A stretch of 63,532 nucleotides of DNA, the filler included. It is 4 parts of 4 records of this genome, joined end to end, with 100 filler letters (N's around TTAATTAATTAA, not from the genome) between each part and the next. Parts side by side here need not be neighbours in the genome. Positions count along the whole stretch, not along the records: positions 1 to 24,520 come from SRR31156797_2433; 3 more parts are not named here. One strand, 5' to 3'. Under the pieces are notes generated by a model. It saw nothing but the letters and a program-made list of their open reading frames with translations, did no database searches and was not told the origin of the DNA. Numbering within the stretch: the first letter of the stretch is position 1; each line of letters begins with the position of its first letter. Below, piece by piece: positions 10,638 through 20,249 of this stretch. Made by a program: the position numbers and the translations under genes.

Positions 10638-11191
10638 ATCTTTGAATATGCTATAAAAATGACAATATTTTAAAATATCAGTCCGGTTAAAAATTATCCC
10701 GGTTCTTGGCATTATGGACGGGATTGACCATGTAAAAAATATGGAAGATTAATTTCTCTTGACAATTCAAAATAAAACTTCCGGGTATATCTTCACTGTA
10801 ATATCCACTTTGTAATAAAAAAAACAAATGATAATATGTACATATATGCCTCATAATCAGTGTTAAATTTCCAAAATATTGCAATAAAAATTTCGCTTTA
10901 AGGACAAATATTCGTATATTTCAGCTTTTCAGTTAAGCGGGCTGTTGTATATAATTCTCACAGGCCAAAATGTCTGATCATGTTGCAATAGCCCTTTTGC
11001 AATGCAGAAGCATAAAAGAAGAGATTGGTTTTTGATCAACACTATTGTTCATTAAAACTCATGCCTATGAAAAACAACATTGAATAAAACCATTATTTAA
11101 CAAAAACCTATTTGCCTATGAAGAAATAATAGGAGAACACACAAATTTAAACCTCATCAAATTTAAAATTAATTATTAAAAACACAAAAAC

Positions 11192-13516
11192 ATGAAAAAA
11201 TCACTTACCATTAAAATGAAGGGATGGGTGAGTTTTTTACTGATAGGCTTATTTCTTCCCTTCCAGATGAACGGCCAGCCCACAGAAGAAGATATACTGG
11301 CCAGTATCGAGCTTGGCACCACATGGCTGGTAAACCAGCAAAATCCAGATGGTTCCTGGGGTACCTGGGCTGGAGGGTCTCTCGAGTCTCAACGGGTTGC
11401 CTATACAGCATTTGCTCTTACCAAACTATGCGACAGGGCATATGAACACTTTTATGATTCACCTTTTGATCCGGCATATGAATATCATCAAAATGTAATT
11501 GACGGATTTAATTTTATGTTTAATCATGCAAAAACGCACGGTGCCGGTACCGGAATTTATTTCCTGGAAGGTACTTATGACCATCATGAAGTTTACAATG
11601 CGTCAATAGCCCTGATGGCCTTCGCATCAACCTACATACCCAACAGAGTGATAAATGCTCCGGGAAACGCATTGATTAATAATAAGACGTTTGAATATGT
11701 TGTGGATGAGATGGTTACATATTTTGCCTGGGCCCAAAATACCAACGGTGGTTGGAGGTATCAACCAAATTCACCAGACAGTGATAATTCTCATACCGGA
11801 TATGTAGTGCTGGGCTTACGTTATGCGGAAGCTTTTGGAGCTATATTGCCTGCCGGAGTAAAAAACGGATTGGATAGTTTTATCGATTATATCCAGAACG
11901 ATGTCAACGGTGATACTCATGACGGTGGATCGGGATACGAAATTCCAAATAATTGGGTGAACCAGTTGAAAACAGGCAACCTGTTGTTTGAAATGCACTT
12001 CTGCGGCGATCCATCAGCAACCCAAAGAGTTCAGGATGCCCTTGATTATATTGAAAGACATTGGGATGACCCGAATCCTGACCCGGGCTGGAAATATAAT
12101 ATTCAATCCATGTTTTGCCTGATGAAAGGCTTCGAAAGTTATGATATCGAAACCATCGAAGTTGGCAGTGTCGACCGAAACTGGTTTGAGGAGTTTGCCA
12201 CTTATTTGGTTAACAATCAATATGATGATGGACACTGGCATGTGGGTGTTTCATTTTCAAGCCCTCTTCTAAATACTGTGTGGGCATTGTTCGTGCTTGA
12301 AAAAGTAGTCCCCAATGCTCCTCCGGTTGCAGTTTGTCAGAATCTGGAGGCTTTTGCCGACGAGAACTGCGAAGGCTGGGCCGAAGCAGCAGACTTTGAT
12401 AATGGTTCGTACGACCCTGACTATGAAGATGGCGACGACCCCTTAACTTTTTCAGTTAATCCACCTGCTCCCTATCCCCTGGGTATTACCGCAGTAACTT
12501 TAACTGTAACAGATCCGGATGGTGACAGTGATCAGTGTGCAGCCACCATTACCGTACTTGACAATACGCCGCCCGTTCCTGATGTGGATCCGCTCCCCGA
12601 CCTTGTAGGAGAATGCGATGTGGAGGTCCCTATTCCCACAGCAACCGACAATTGCGCAGGCGTACTCCAGGGAACCACAGATGACCCGCTCAGCTATACA
12701 GAGCAGGGAAATTATACCATTACCTGGACTTACGACGATGGGAACGGAAATACGACAACGCAACAGCAGGCCGTGATTGTGGATGATGTAACCCCGCCGG
12801 TGATTACAACACTTGAAGAACCACAGCTCATGTGGCCACCCAATCACAAATACGAAACATTCCTGCTGGAAGATTTTGTGTTGGGCGTTTCGGATAATTG
12901 CGTGGACCTGTCCATTGATGATATAAATTTCACTTTTATCTGCAGCGATGAGCCGGAAGATGTTAACGGCAATGGTGACGGTAAAACTTTTGATGATATG
13001 ATTATTGCAGATGACTGCAAATCGGTTCAGCTGCGAAAGGAAAGGCAAGGTAAGGGCAACGGACGGGTATACAGCCTCTACATGGAACTGGACGATGGAA
13101 ACGGAAATATTACCGAAGCCATTGCATGGGTTCATGTTCAACATAGTCCTGTAGAACCCGCATTTAACGATGGAGCGGTTTATTGGGAATATGGCAATTG
13201 CTATACCGGGGGAAAATCAGCCGTCCTTGCTGAGAAGAATTGGGATTCAAACAACTTTGAATTAAGTAATTATCCCAATCCGTTTACTGGAACCACCACC
13301 ATTAACTTTAGCCTCAACACACCGAAAACTGTGACGCTGCTGGTTTATAATTCACTGGGACAAAAAGTTGCAACACTTTACAACGGTTTTGCTGAAGCAG
13401 GACAGGAATACAGTAAAGAATTCAACGGCAACTACATGCCGCAAGGGCTCTATATCTGTGTGCTGAAAAGTGAGGGAAAAGTACTGATGAAACGTACGAT
13501 GATGTTTGCTAAGTAG
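11192..13516 (+). CDS. T9SS-secreted protein: prenyltransferase/squalene-oxidase-repeat alpha/alpha barrel + Ig/HYR-like repeats + CTD
   Basis: Signal peptide; QW-like repeats (NQQNPDGSWG, AQNTNGGWRY, NNQYDDGHW); DNTPP..ATDNC..ITWTYDDGNGN HYR-like units; CTD NYPNPF...YNSLGQ...GLY. Confidence 0.8.
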   Translation: MKKSLTIKMKGWVSFLLIGLFLPFQMNGQPTEEDILASIELGTTWLVNQQNPDGSWGTWAGGSLESQRVAYTAFALTKLCDRAYEHFYDSPFDPAYEYHQNVIDGFNFMFNHAKTHGAGTGIYFLEGTYDHHEVYNASIALMAFASTYIPNRVINAPGNALINNKTFEYVVDEMVTYFAWAQNTNGGWRYQPNSPDSDNSHTGYVVLGLRYAEAFGAILPAGVKNGLDSFIDYIQNDVNGDTHDGGSGYEIPNNWVNQLKTGNLLFEMHFCGDPSATQRVQDALDYIERHWDDPNPDPGWKYNIQSMFCLMKGFESYDIETIEVGSVDRNWFEEFATYLVNNQYDDGHWHVGVSFSSPLLNTVWALFVLEKVVPNAPPVAVCQNLEAFADENCEGWAEAADFDNGSYDPDYEDGDDPLTFSVNPPAPYPLGITAVTLTVTDPDGDSDQCAATITVLDNTPPVPDVDPLPDLVGECDVEVPIPTATDNCAGVLQGTTDDPLSYTEQGNYTITWTYDDGNGNTTTQQQAVIVDDVTPPVITTLEEPQLMWPPNHKYETFLLEDFVLGVSDNCVDLSIDDINFTFICSDEPEDVNGNGDGKTFDDMIIADDCKSVQLRKERQGKGNGRVYSLYMELDDGNGNITEAIAWVHVQHSPVEPAFNDGAVYWEYGNCYTGGKSAVLAEKNWDSNNFELSNYPNPFTGTTTINFSLNTPKTVTLLVYNSLGQKVATLYNGFAEAGQEYSKEFNGNYMPQGLYICVLKSEGKVLMKRTMMFAK

Positions 13517-13551
13517 CAACTTCATCAGGCGTTGCTAATTTTTTCGATGAA

Positions 13552-13578
13552 CAGCCGTCCGTTTTGGGCGGCTTTTCT
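13552..13578 (+). terminator. Rho-independent terminator
   Basis: AGCCGTCC-gttt-TGGGCGGCT hairpin followed by TTTCT, downstream of the 11192-13516 gene. Confidence 0.65.
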
Positions 13579-13715
13579 ATTGCCTGACACAGCGGCATTT
13601 TAGCGTCAGCATACAACATCCTGAGAAAAACAATATGAGAACCGGATCAAAATAAAAAGCCGGCTCGAGGTAACCAATAAGCCGGCATAAACATCCTGAA
13701 TTCTATTTATAAGCG

Positions 13716-14570
13716 TTAACGCAATTTGATGATTTTCCTGGTTTGTGCGCCTTCGCCGGTTATCAGGGTGCAGAAATAAACCCCCGGCTTTAAGCCTTCG
13801 GTGTTGAATGTGACGAATTGCTCTCCCAGCTGCTGGCCTTCGTTTACCAGGGTGGATATGAGCCGGCCGCTCAGGTCGCGGATGGTAATACTGACAAGAG
13901 AATTTTGAGGCAGATCATAACGTATCAGTAAAACACCTTCAACCGGATTGGGATAAATGGTGAATGAACCCTCCTGGTTTAGTTCATTAACTGAAGGAAT
14001 CACAAAGCAGGAATCCAAAATCTCCTCCGGTGTGTTGCAGCCTGGGGCGTTGTTGTAGATTTCCACGATACCACCAGGGTCGACCAGGTATTCACAAATG
14101 TTATCAATATCGCACTCCGCCTGCAGCGGATTGTTGTAGATATGCAAATTGATGATTGAGCCCGAATCGATGTTTTCGAGCGCCTCAATGCTCTCGAGCA
14201 TGGGGTTTTCGTATATCCAGAGTTCCGCTCCAATGGTGGTGATGTTTTGTAATCCGGCTGCATTTGCCAGGATTGCATTGTTGCAGAGTCACAAAAAACC
14301 GCCAATATCGGTAATAACACTTAATCCCTCCAGGTTGGTGATCTCCGCTCCGCTGATGATCACATCCCCATCAATCTCTGTGCAGCCGGGGTAATTGGTC
14401 TGGAAATTATCAATTTGCTCCTGAGTAGTAAAGGTGATACCCTGGGGAAGGCATGGAGATTGCGGAAACACTTTAATGGATAACAGCAATAAAATAATGG
14501 TTATACCAAAGGTAATTGAACATGAGTTGTTTAAAGATGAATAAAGTAGAAACCGTTTTTTCATAATCAT
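13716..14570 (-). pseudogene. T9SS-secreted receptor-L-domain/LRR-like protein interrupted by one in-frame TGA (14289-14291)
   Basis: ORFs 14289-14597 and 13716-14201 are in the same frame. Read through, they give ...ITDIGGFL*LCNNAILANAAGLQNITTIGAELWIYENPMLESIEALENI...CTD. Confidence 0.8.
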
Positions 14571-14762
14571 ATCTCTTTGTAACCCATAAAGATACAAAAT
14601 CTAGCGGCGGAAGTCAAGTTGAAAAAATCAAAAGGCAGATTGTAAAACTATTGTATTTCAGGCACATCCAAGGTTCTATGCAGCCTCAGAACATCAAAGA
14701 AAAATCATTTTGAGGCGCTATCAAGCTATGGTTTTTCAGGTGAAGTAAATATACATATATAT

Positions 14763-15188
14763 TTAAAAAGAAATCGTGTAGCCATACGACTCCCCGCTTT
14801 TCTTTTCATCAGCCTGCTCTTTGGGCTTCTCTTTTTTGGAATAGCTATACTGAATACCCGCTTTTTGGGGCAGCTTAAAATTTATTTTTGTTCGCATGGA
14901 TGCAGTAACGCGGACGCCCCTGTTTTTTGCCCGTCCATATTTCAGCATTTTTACAAGCCGAATAGCTTCCTCATCGCACCCGTAACCAAGACCATGTGTT
15001 ACCTCTGTTTCAATCACCTTCCCACGGCCATCAACACGATACTTTACATGCACCGATCCCTCAATTTTATGCTCCAGCGCTTCTTTGGGATATTGCAGGT
15101 TTTTGCGGATGAATTCCTGGAACGCTTTTTTACCTCCCGGATATTCCGGTAGATCGATGAACCTTTTCTCCCTGTGTTGTTCTTTCAT
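14763..15188 (-). CDS. TonB C-terminal domain protein (energy transducer TonB)
   Basis: PEYPGGKKAFQEFIRKNLQYP...IEGSVHVKYRVD...GLGYGCDEEAIR. Confidence 0.9.
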   Translation of the reverse strand: MKEQHREKRFIDLPEYPGGKKAFQEFIRKNLQYPKEALEHKIEGSVHVKYRVDGRGKVIETEVTHGLGYGCDEEAIRLVKMLKYGRAKNRGVRVTASMRTKINFKLPQKAGIQYSYSKKEKPKEQADEKKSGESYGYTISF

Positions 15189-15327
15189 AAATTGCTTTTT
15201 AACAAAACTAGTCGTTTTTTATCAATCTAAATATTGATTTACATGACACTAACACAATGCTAATTTTCTTAAATTTGCTTGCTAAAATGAAATCGATCAA
15301 AAATTCACTAACCTTAATTTATTAACT

Positions 15328-16473
15328 ATGCTAAATTTTTCACCCTCACCGGAGCAGCACAAGATCGTTGAACAATATCGCGACTTTGCCAACAGGTGGA
15401 TGATACCCAACCGTTTGAAATATGATGAACTCGCTGAGTTTCCATGGGACATTGTAAAAGCAGCTTATGACGAAGGAATTATGAACGGGCCTATGCCCAA
15501 ACAATATGGCGGGCACGAGCACACCCTGCTGGATGGTACATTTGCTTCGGAAGAGCTGGGTGCCGGATGCGTTGGTATTGGCATCTGCATTGATGCAAAC
15601 ACCCTTGCGCTTACTCCGCTCTACCTCGCTGCCAACGACGATCAAAAGAAAAAATATTTCGGGCTGATCAACGAGATTAAAGGCGTAGCAGCATATTGCC
15701 TTACCGAACCACAGGCAGGTTCAGATGTTCAGGGCATTAAATCTACCGCCATCAGGAAGGGCGATAAATATATCCTGAACGGACAAAAAAGATTTATCAC
15801 CAATGCAGAAGCCTCCACTTTCATGACGGTTTTTGCCATGACCGATCCTGAAAAAGGTTCAAGGAGTTTGACCGCTTTCCTCGTGCCCACTGACTCACCC
15901 GGCATTGTAATGAAACCAAGGCTGAAGAAGATGGGACAAAAAGCCAGTGTTCAGAATGAAATGGAATTTCATGATGTAGAAATCCCTGTAGAAAACCGAA
16001 TTGGTGACGAAGGATATGGTTTTATCATTGCCATGAAAACCTTCGACCGCACCCGGACAGGTGTCGCAGCTCTAAGCGTTGGTAACGCTCGTGCAGCTTA
16101 TGAAACTGCAAAAGACTGGACCAAAAACAGGAAACAGTTCGGTAAACCAATTGCTGCTAACCAGGCCATTGGTTTTATGCTGGCCGATATGGCAACAAAA
16201 GTTGAAACAGCAAGGCTGCTTACCTGGAATGCCGCCTGGGCGTATGACCACGACAAGAAAAAACTCAACAAACTTTCAGCCATGTCAAAACTTTATGCAT
16301 CCGACATCGGCATGGAAGTAACAACCGATGCTGTTCAGGCCATGGGTGGCGATGGCTACACCTGGGATTTCGCTGTTGAAAAAATGATGCGTGATGCCAA
16401 ACTCTGCCAGATATATGAAGGCACGAATCAAATTCAGCGACTGGTAATATCAAAGAGCATTTTGAAAGAATAG
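15328..16473 (+). CDS. Acyl-CoA dehydrogenase (short-chain/butyryl-CoA type)
   Basis: YCLTEPQAGSD, LNGQKRFITN, RKQFGKPI, QIYEGTNQIQR. Confidence 0.95.
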   Translation: MLNFSPSPEQHKIVEQYRDFANRWMIPNRLKYDELAEFPWDIVKAAYDEGIMNGPMPKQYGGHEHTLLDGTFASEELGAGCVGIGICIDANTLALTPLYLAANDDQKKKYFGLINEIKGVAAYCLTEPQAGSDVQGIKSTAIRKGDKYILNGQKRFITNAEASTFMTVFAMTDPEKGSRSLTAFLVPTDSPGIVMKPRLKKMGQKASVQNEMEFHDVEIPVENRIGDEGYGFIIAMKTFDRTRTGVAALSVGNARAAYETAKDWTKNRKQFGKPIAANQAIGFMLADMATKVETARLLTWNAAWAYDHDKKKLNKLSAMSKLYASDIGMEVTTDAVQAMGGDGYTWDFAVEKMMRDAKLCQIYEGTNQIQRLVISKSILKE

Positions 16474-16495
16474 GAACAGCATGCTTAGAAAATAC

Positions 16496-16531
16496 AAATC
16501 CCTTCAGCCTTTATGATTGAAGGGATTTTTT
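16496..16531. terminator. Bidirectional terminator
   Basis: AAATCCCTTCA...TGAAGGGATTT stem plus T-run between convergent genes. Confidence 0.7.
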
Positions 16532-17116
16532 AATTGGAAAATATCTCCTTCAGATCAATTTCGAGATCATCAAAAAAATTGATTTTTATTTTTGAATCGG
16601 TGGCGTACATGCCTTGCAAATGATATTTCTGCTTCTTGTCAGGCAAAAATACAATTACCGATTTCGTTTCAGGAAAAATGATCCAGTATTCCTGCACGCC
16701 ATGCTTTTCATAAATCGTGAATTTCTCCTCAATGTCTCTTTTCAATGTGGAAGGCGAGGTGATTCCCGCAATAAAATCAGGGGGCCCGATGCAGCCTTTT
16801 TCATCAATCTTACAATGATCGCAGATTATGGAAATATCAGGCTGCAACACTGTGATGATCTCCTCATCGGTTGTGCCTTTTTATCTTCCTGAAACCTGAC
16901 ATCAAATGGCGTAAAAAAAATCTTGCATGGCGAGTTTGATAATTGATTCCCAAAATTCAAACTCAAATTAAAAAGGATTTGTTGATGTGTTGCAGAAGGC
17001 GCCGGCGACCTCAGATTCACAAATCCATCTATCAATTCCCGCCGCTTATCATCCATCCAGGTGAGATAGTCAGCAAAAGTATAACGTTTCGAAATGTCCA
17101 GATTTATTGCTGTCAT
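16530..17116 (-). pseudogene. Uma2-family endonuclease, frameshifted
   Basis: N-half YTFADYL..RELIDG..SPAP..HQ..PFDV; C-half QPDISIICD..GPPDF..SPST..K..YEKHGVQEYWI. Adding one A to the A5 run (plus-strand T-run 16878-16882) joins them as ...EDKKGTTDEEIITVLQPD. Confidence 0.85.
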
Positions 17117-17182
17117 AACCGATAGATTTTAATCTAAAGATAAGAAAAGAAAAATGTGATTTCAAGCAAGGGCGATTACACC

Positions 17183-17203
17183 AATAACGAATAACAAATA
17201 ACT
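17183..17203. repeat. Heptamer tandem repeat (AATAACN)x3
   Basis: AATAACG AATAACA AATAACT directly after the hypD stop. Confidence 0.55.
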
Positions 17204-17208
17204 TCTTT

Positions 17209-18288
17209 CTACCGGTTATACCTGTAATACGCATGGCAGGCGCCCTCGCTTGAAACCATACAGGCACCAACCGGATCCTGGGGTGTGCAGCCTTCTCCAA
17301 ATAGTTTACAGTCTTTTGGGGATTTCAGGCCTTTTAATATTTCTCCGCAAATACATCCTTTGGGCTCCCGGGTATCTTCAATATCAACCTCAAAAACCTT
17401 TGCAGCATCCAGGTGGGAATATTTTTGCCTGAGTCCCTGTCCGCTGTTTTTTAAAACACCAAGCCCGCGCCACCAGTCGTCGCGCAACTCAAAGACCTCA
17501 TCCACCATCTCTCTGGCTTTTGGGTTTCCCTGCGGCCTAACGGCTCGCTTGTAAGCTATCTCCACTTTTTGATCCTTGTTTTCGACCTGCTTTACGAGCA
17601 TATAAATGGCTTGCAAAAGATCCACAGGTTCAAACCCGGCGATCACCACACCCAGCTTATATTTTTCGGCAATTTCACGATACATTTCACTACCGGTGAT
17701 GGCGCTTACATGTCCCGGCCCGATGTAGCCATCGAGCTTTACTCCCTCATCGATGAGGGCACCCATGGCCGGAGGCATAATTTTGTGCGAACTCAGGAAG
17801 AAAAAGTTTTTCAAATCATCTCTATAAGCTTTTAAGATTCCCGCCGCACTTCCCGGCGTGGTGGTTTCGAAACCAATGCCCGGAAAAATGATTTGTTTAT
17901 CCGGATTTTTACCTGCAATAAGCAATGCCTCCAGAATAGAATAAACGATACGAACATCTGCACCGGCGGCTTTTTCGCGATCCAAAGAAGATGAAGAACC
18001 CGGCACCCTGATCAAATCCCCAAAGGTTGTAATGATGGTATCGGGCATCCTGGACAAAGCCACCGCATGATCAATAAAACGACGGCTGGAAACACAAACC
18101 GGGCATCCGGGGCCTGACAATAATTTCACGGTATCGGGCAAAAGATAGGGCAGACCGAATTTTTGAACAGACATGGTATGTCCGCCACACACTTCCATAA
18201 AACTCACAGGTTTGGTAGAAACTTCCTTGATTTTTGCAGCCAGTTCTAGCACCAAATCTTTATTACGGTATTCGTCGATGTATTTCAT
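17209..18288 (-). CDS. hypD: Hydrogenase maturation factor HypD
   Basis: MEVCGGHT, GPGCPVCV, GFETT, PGHVS and C-terminal Cys cluster (CICG...C..FG..C.P..P.GACMVSSEGAC); likely start MKYIDEYR at 18288. Confidence 0.95.
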   Translation of the reverse strand: MKYIDEYRNKDLVLELAAKIKEVSTKPVSFMEVCGGHTMSVQKFGLPYLLPDTVKLLSGPGCPVCVSSRRFIDHAVALSRMPDTIITTFGDLIRVPGSSSSLDREKAAGADVRIVYSILEALLIAGKNPDKQIIFPGIGFETTTPGSAAGILKAYRDDLKNFFFLSSHKIMPPAMGALIDEGVKLDGYIGPGHVSAITGSEMYREIAEKYKLGVVIAGFEPVDLLQAIYMLVKQVENKDQKVEIAYKRAVRPQGNPKAREMVDEVFELRDDWWRGLGVLKNSGQGLRQKYSHLDAAKVFEVDIEDTREPKGCICGEILKGLKSPKDCKLFGEGCTPQDPVGACMVSSEGACHAYYRYNR

Positions 18289-18478
18289 GTTACATTGTTT
18301 CGGATAGTCAAATGCCAAAATTAGTCATTGTTCACCAACCAGATTTATAATATTTCAGGGGCAACCCAATCAGGCTGAATTAATGTAAGATTATGTTACT
18401 CCTGACAGAATCACATCCAAAACACAGATGGCAAATATTTTGTTATTGACATGCTGAAACCTTTAAACTGTAATAAAA

Positions 18479-19159
18479 ATGATGACATATTTGATCATAT
18501 TTGGAATTTTCATGCTGCTGAGTTTCCTTGTTCAGTCGAGGATGAAATCCAAATTCGCAAAGTATTCAAAAATCCCGCTTTCATCAGGAATGAGCGGAAA
18601 AGAAATCGCCGAGGAGATGCTCCGCCAGAATGGCATTTTTGATGTCAGGATCGGTTCTGTTACAGGACAACTCACCGACCACTACAACCCAACCAACAGA
18701 ACCATCAACCTAAGCCCGGATGTTTATCACGGAAGAAGTGTGATGGCTGCCTCGGTTGCGGCCCACGAAACCGGCCATGCCCTGCAACACGCACAGGCCT
18801 ATTCGTGGCTGCAAATGCGGTCGGCACTGGTGCCGGTTGTTAGCATCAGTTCACGGTGGGTACAATGGATCTTACTTGCAGGCATCCTGCTCATCAACAC
18901 TTTCCCGCAATTGTTGCTGATCGGAATCATCCTCTTTGCACTCACAACCCTGTTCAGCTTTATCACACTACCTGTGGAATTTGACGCATCCAAAAGGGCA
19001 CTGGCCTGGCTCGACAGCAGTGGCATTACCCGTTTTGAACAACACGATCAGGCCAAGGACGGACTAAAATGGGCAGCCATGACCTACATAATTGCTGCAC
19101 TTGGCTCGCTGGCTACGTTGCTTTATTATGTGATGATTTTTATGGGGAGTGATGATTAA
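18479..19159 (+). CDS. Zinc metallopeptidase, YugP/Zn_peptidase_2 family
   Basis: LTDHYNP, AAHETGHALQ (HExxH), LPVEFDASKRA, AAMTY. Confidence 0.92.
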   Translation: MMTYLIIFGIFMLLSFLVQSRMKSKFAKYSKIPLSSGMSGKEIAEEMLRQNGIFDVRIGSVTGQLTDHYNPTNRTINLSPDVYHGRSVMAASVAAHETGHALQHAQAYSWLQMRSALVPVVSISSRWVQWILLAGILLINTFPQLLLIGIILFALTTLFSFITLPVEFDASKRALAWLDSSGITRFEQHDQAKDGLKWAAMTYIIAALGSLATLLYYVMIFMGSDD

Positions 19160-19181
19160 AAATATTAGACGGAAATTTAAT

Positions 19182-19219
19182 AAAAAATGCCCGGCATCGA
19201 TTTGATTCCGGGCTTTTTT
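19182..19219. terminator. Bidirectional terminator
   Basis: A-run, GCCCGG...CCGGGC stem, T-run between convergent genes. Confidence 0.7.
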
Positions 19220-19250
19220 ATCACAAAGGGGCTAAACAATAAATTTGGGA

Positions 19251-20120
19251 CTATTTCGTGAGACGATCCAAAACAATCTCAATCAACTTTTCAATTACCT
19301 GATGATGATCTTTGGAATAGGTTTGTAAGGCACGGTTTGCAATCACTGCACAAACAGTGAGGGCATTGTGCCCTAGCAACCTGCTCAGACCATACAGCGC
19401 TGAGGTTTCCATCTCGAAATTAATGATCCGTTGATCGCCCGACCTGAAATGCTGCATTTTATCCATCAGGTCGGGATGATTAAGCGGAATACGGATTACC
19501 CGGCCCTGTGGCCCGTAAAAACCCGGAGCCGTGGCCGTTATTCCGGCTGTAAACCCCGTTGAGAATTTAGAAAACAAATCATCTGATCCTTTCACAAAAT
19601 ATGGAAATGGTAAATCAGGATGCCAGTTAACCTGCCTGATAAAAGATTCAGAAATTTCATCATCAGTAATGTGTAAACTATCATAAAATTTCAACAATCC
19701 ATCCAACCCCAGCCCATGGGTTGAAACGGCAAACGAATCAATGGGAATATCAGGTTGGATGGCTCCCGAAGTTCCCAATCTCACGATATTCAATGAGGTG
19801 TGTTTTTCTTTGATTGTACGGGTTTCAAAATCAACATTCACCAACGCATCCAATTCATTCAGCACAATATCAATATTGTCGGTACCCATTCCGGTGGACA
19901 TTACCATGATGTGTTTTTTATTCAGATAGCCCACATGAGCAACCATTTCGCGGTTCCGGCTTTTATGTTCGATCTTGTCAAAATACCTGGAAATTTTTTC
20001 TACCCTGCCGGGGTCACCAACAAGAATTATGTTTTCGGCAATTTCTTCAGGTTTTAGGTTTAAATGGTAAATACTACCATCCGGGTTAATGATCAATTCT
20101 GATTCTCTGATAGGTTCCAT
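19251..20120 (-). CDS. Nucleoside (uridine) phosphorylase
   Basis: DGSIYHL, VGDPGRV, STGMGTDN, RLGTSG, GFYGPQGR, NFEMETS. Confidence 0.92.
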   Translation of the reverse strand: MEPIRESELIINPDGSIYHLNLKPEEIAENIILVGDPGRVEKISRYFDKIEHKSRNREMVAHVGYLNKKHIMVMSTGMGTDNIDIVLNELDALVNVDFETRTIKEKHTSLNIVRLGTSGAIQPDIPIDSFAVSTHGLGLDGLLKFYDSLHITDDEISESFIRQVNWHPDLPFPYFVKGSDDLFSKFSTGFTAGITATAPGFYGPQGRVIRIPLNHPDLMDKMQHFRSGDQRIINFEMETSALYGLSRLLGHNALTVCAVIANRALQTYSKDHHQVIEKLIEIVLDRLTK

Positions 20121-20249
20121 ACAATTAATTTAATGTTTGCCGGTAAAATCTGGATCTAATTCGTTTTGTTTTCTTTAAAAAACAAAGGCTTGAGTCATCA
20201 CCAAATTCTACATTTGCAAAAAAAAAAAGAGCAAAGTTAACCTTTTGAC

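Noticed and set aside
10687..10884. 65-aa minus-strand ORF as the missing N-terminus of the orphan CTD
   Set aside because: AT-rich promoter-like sequence with no signal peptide and no similarity to the cargo at 13977-14570.
10377..13976. Diversity-generating retroelement (TR/VR pair) suggested by the 261-nt repeat at a gene 3' end
   Set aside because: Mismatches involve all bases rather than only adenines, many are synonymous, and no reverse transcriptase is on the contig.
14289..14291. Selenocysteine or genome-wide TGA=Trp recoding
   Set aside because: The position aligns with Trp rather than Cys, no SECIS-like hairpin was evident, and no other gene on the contig has an internal TGA.
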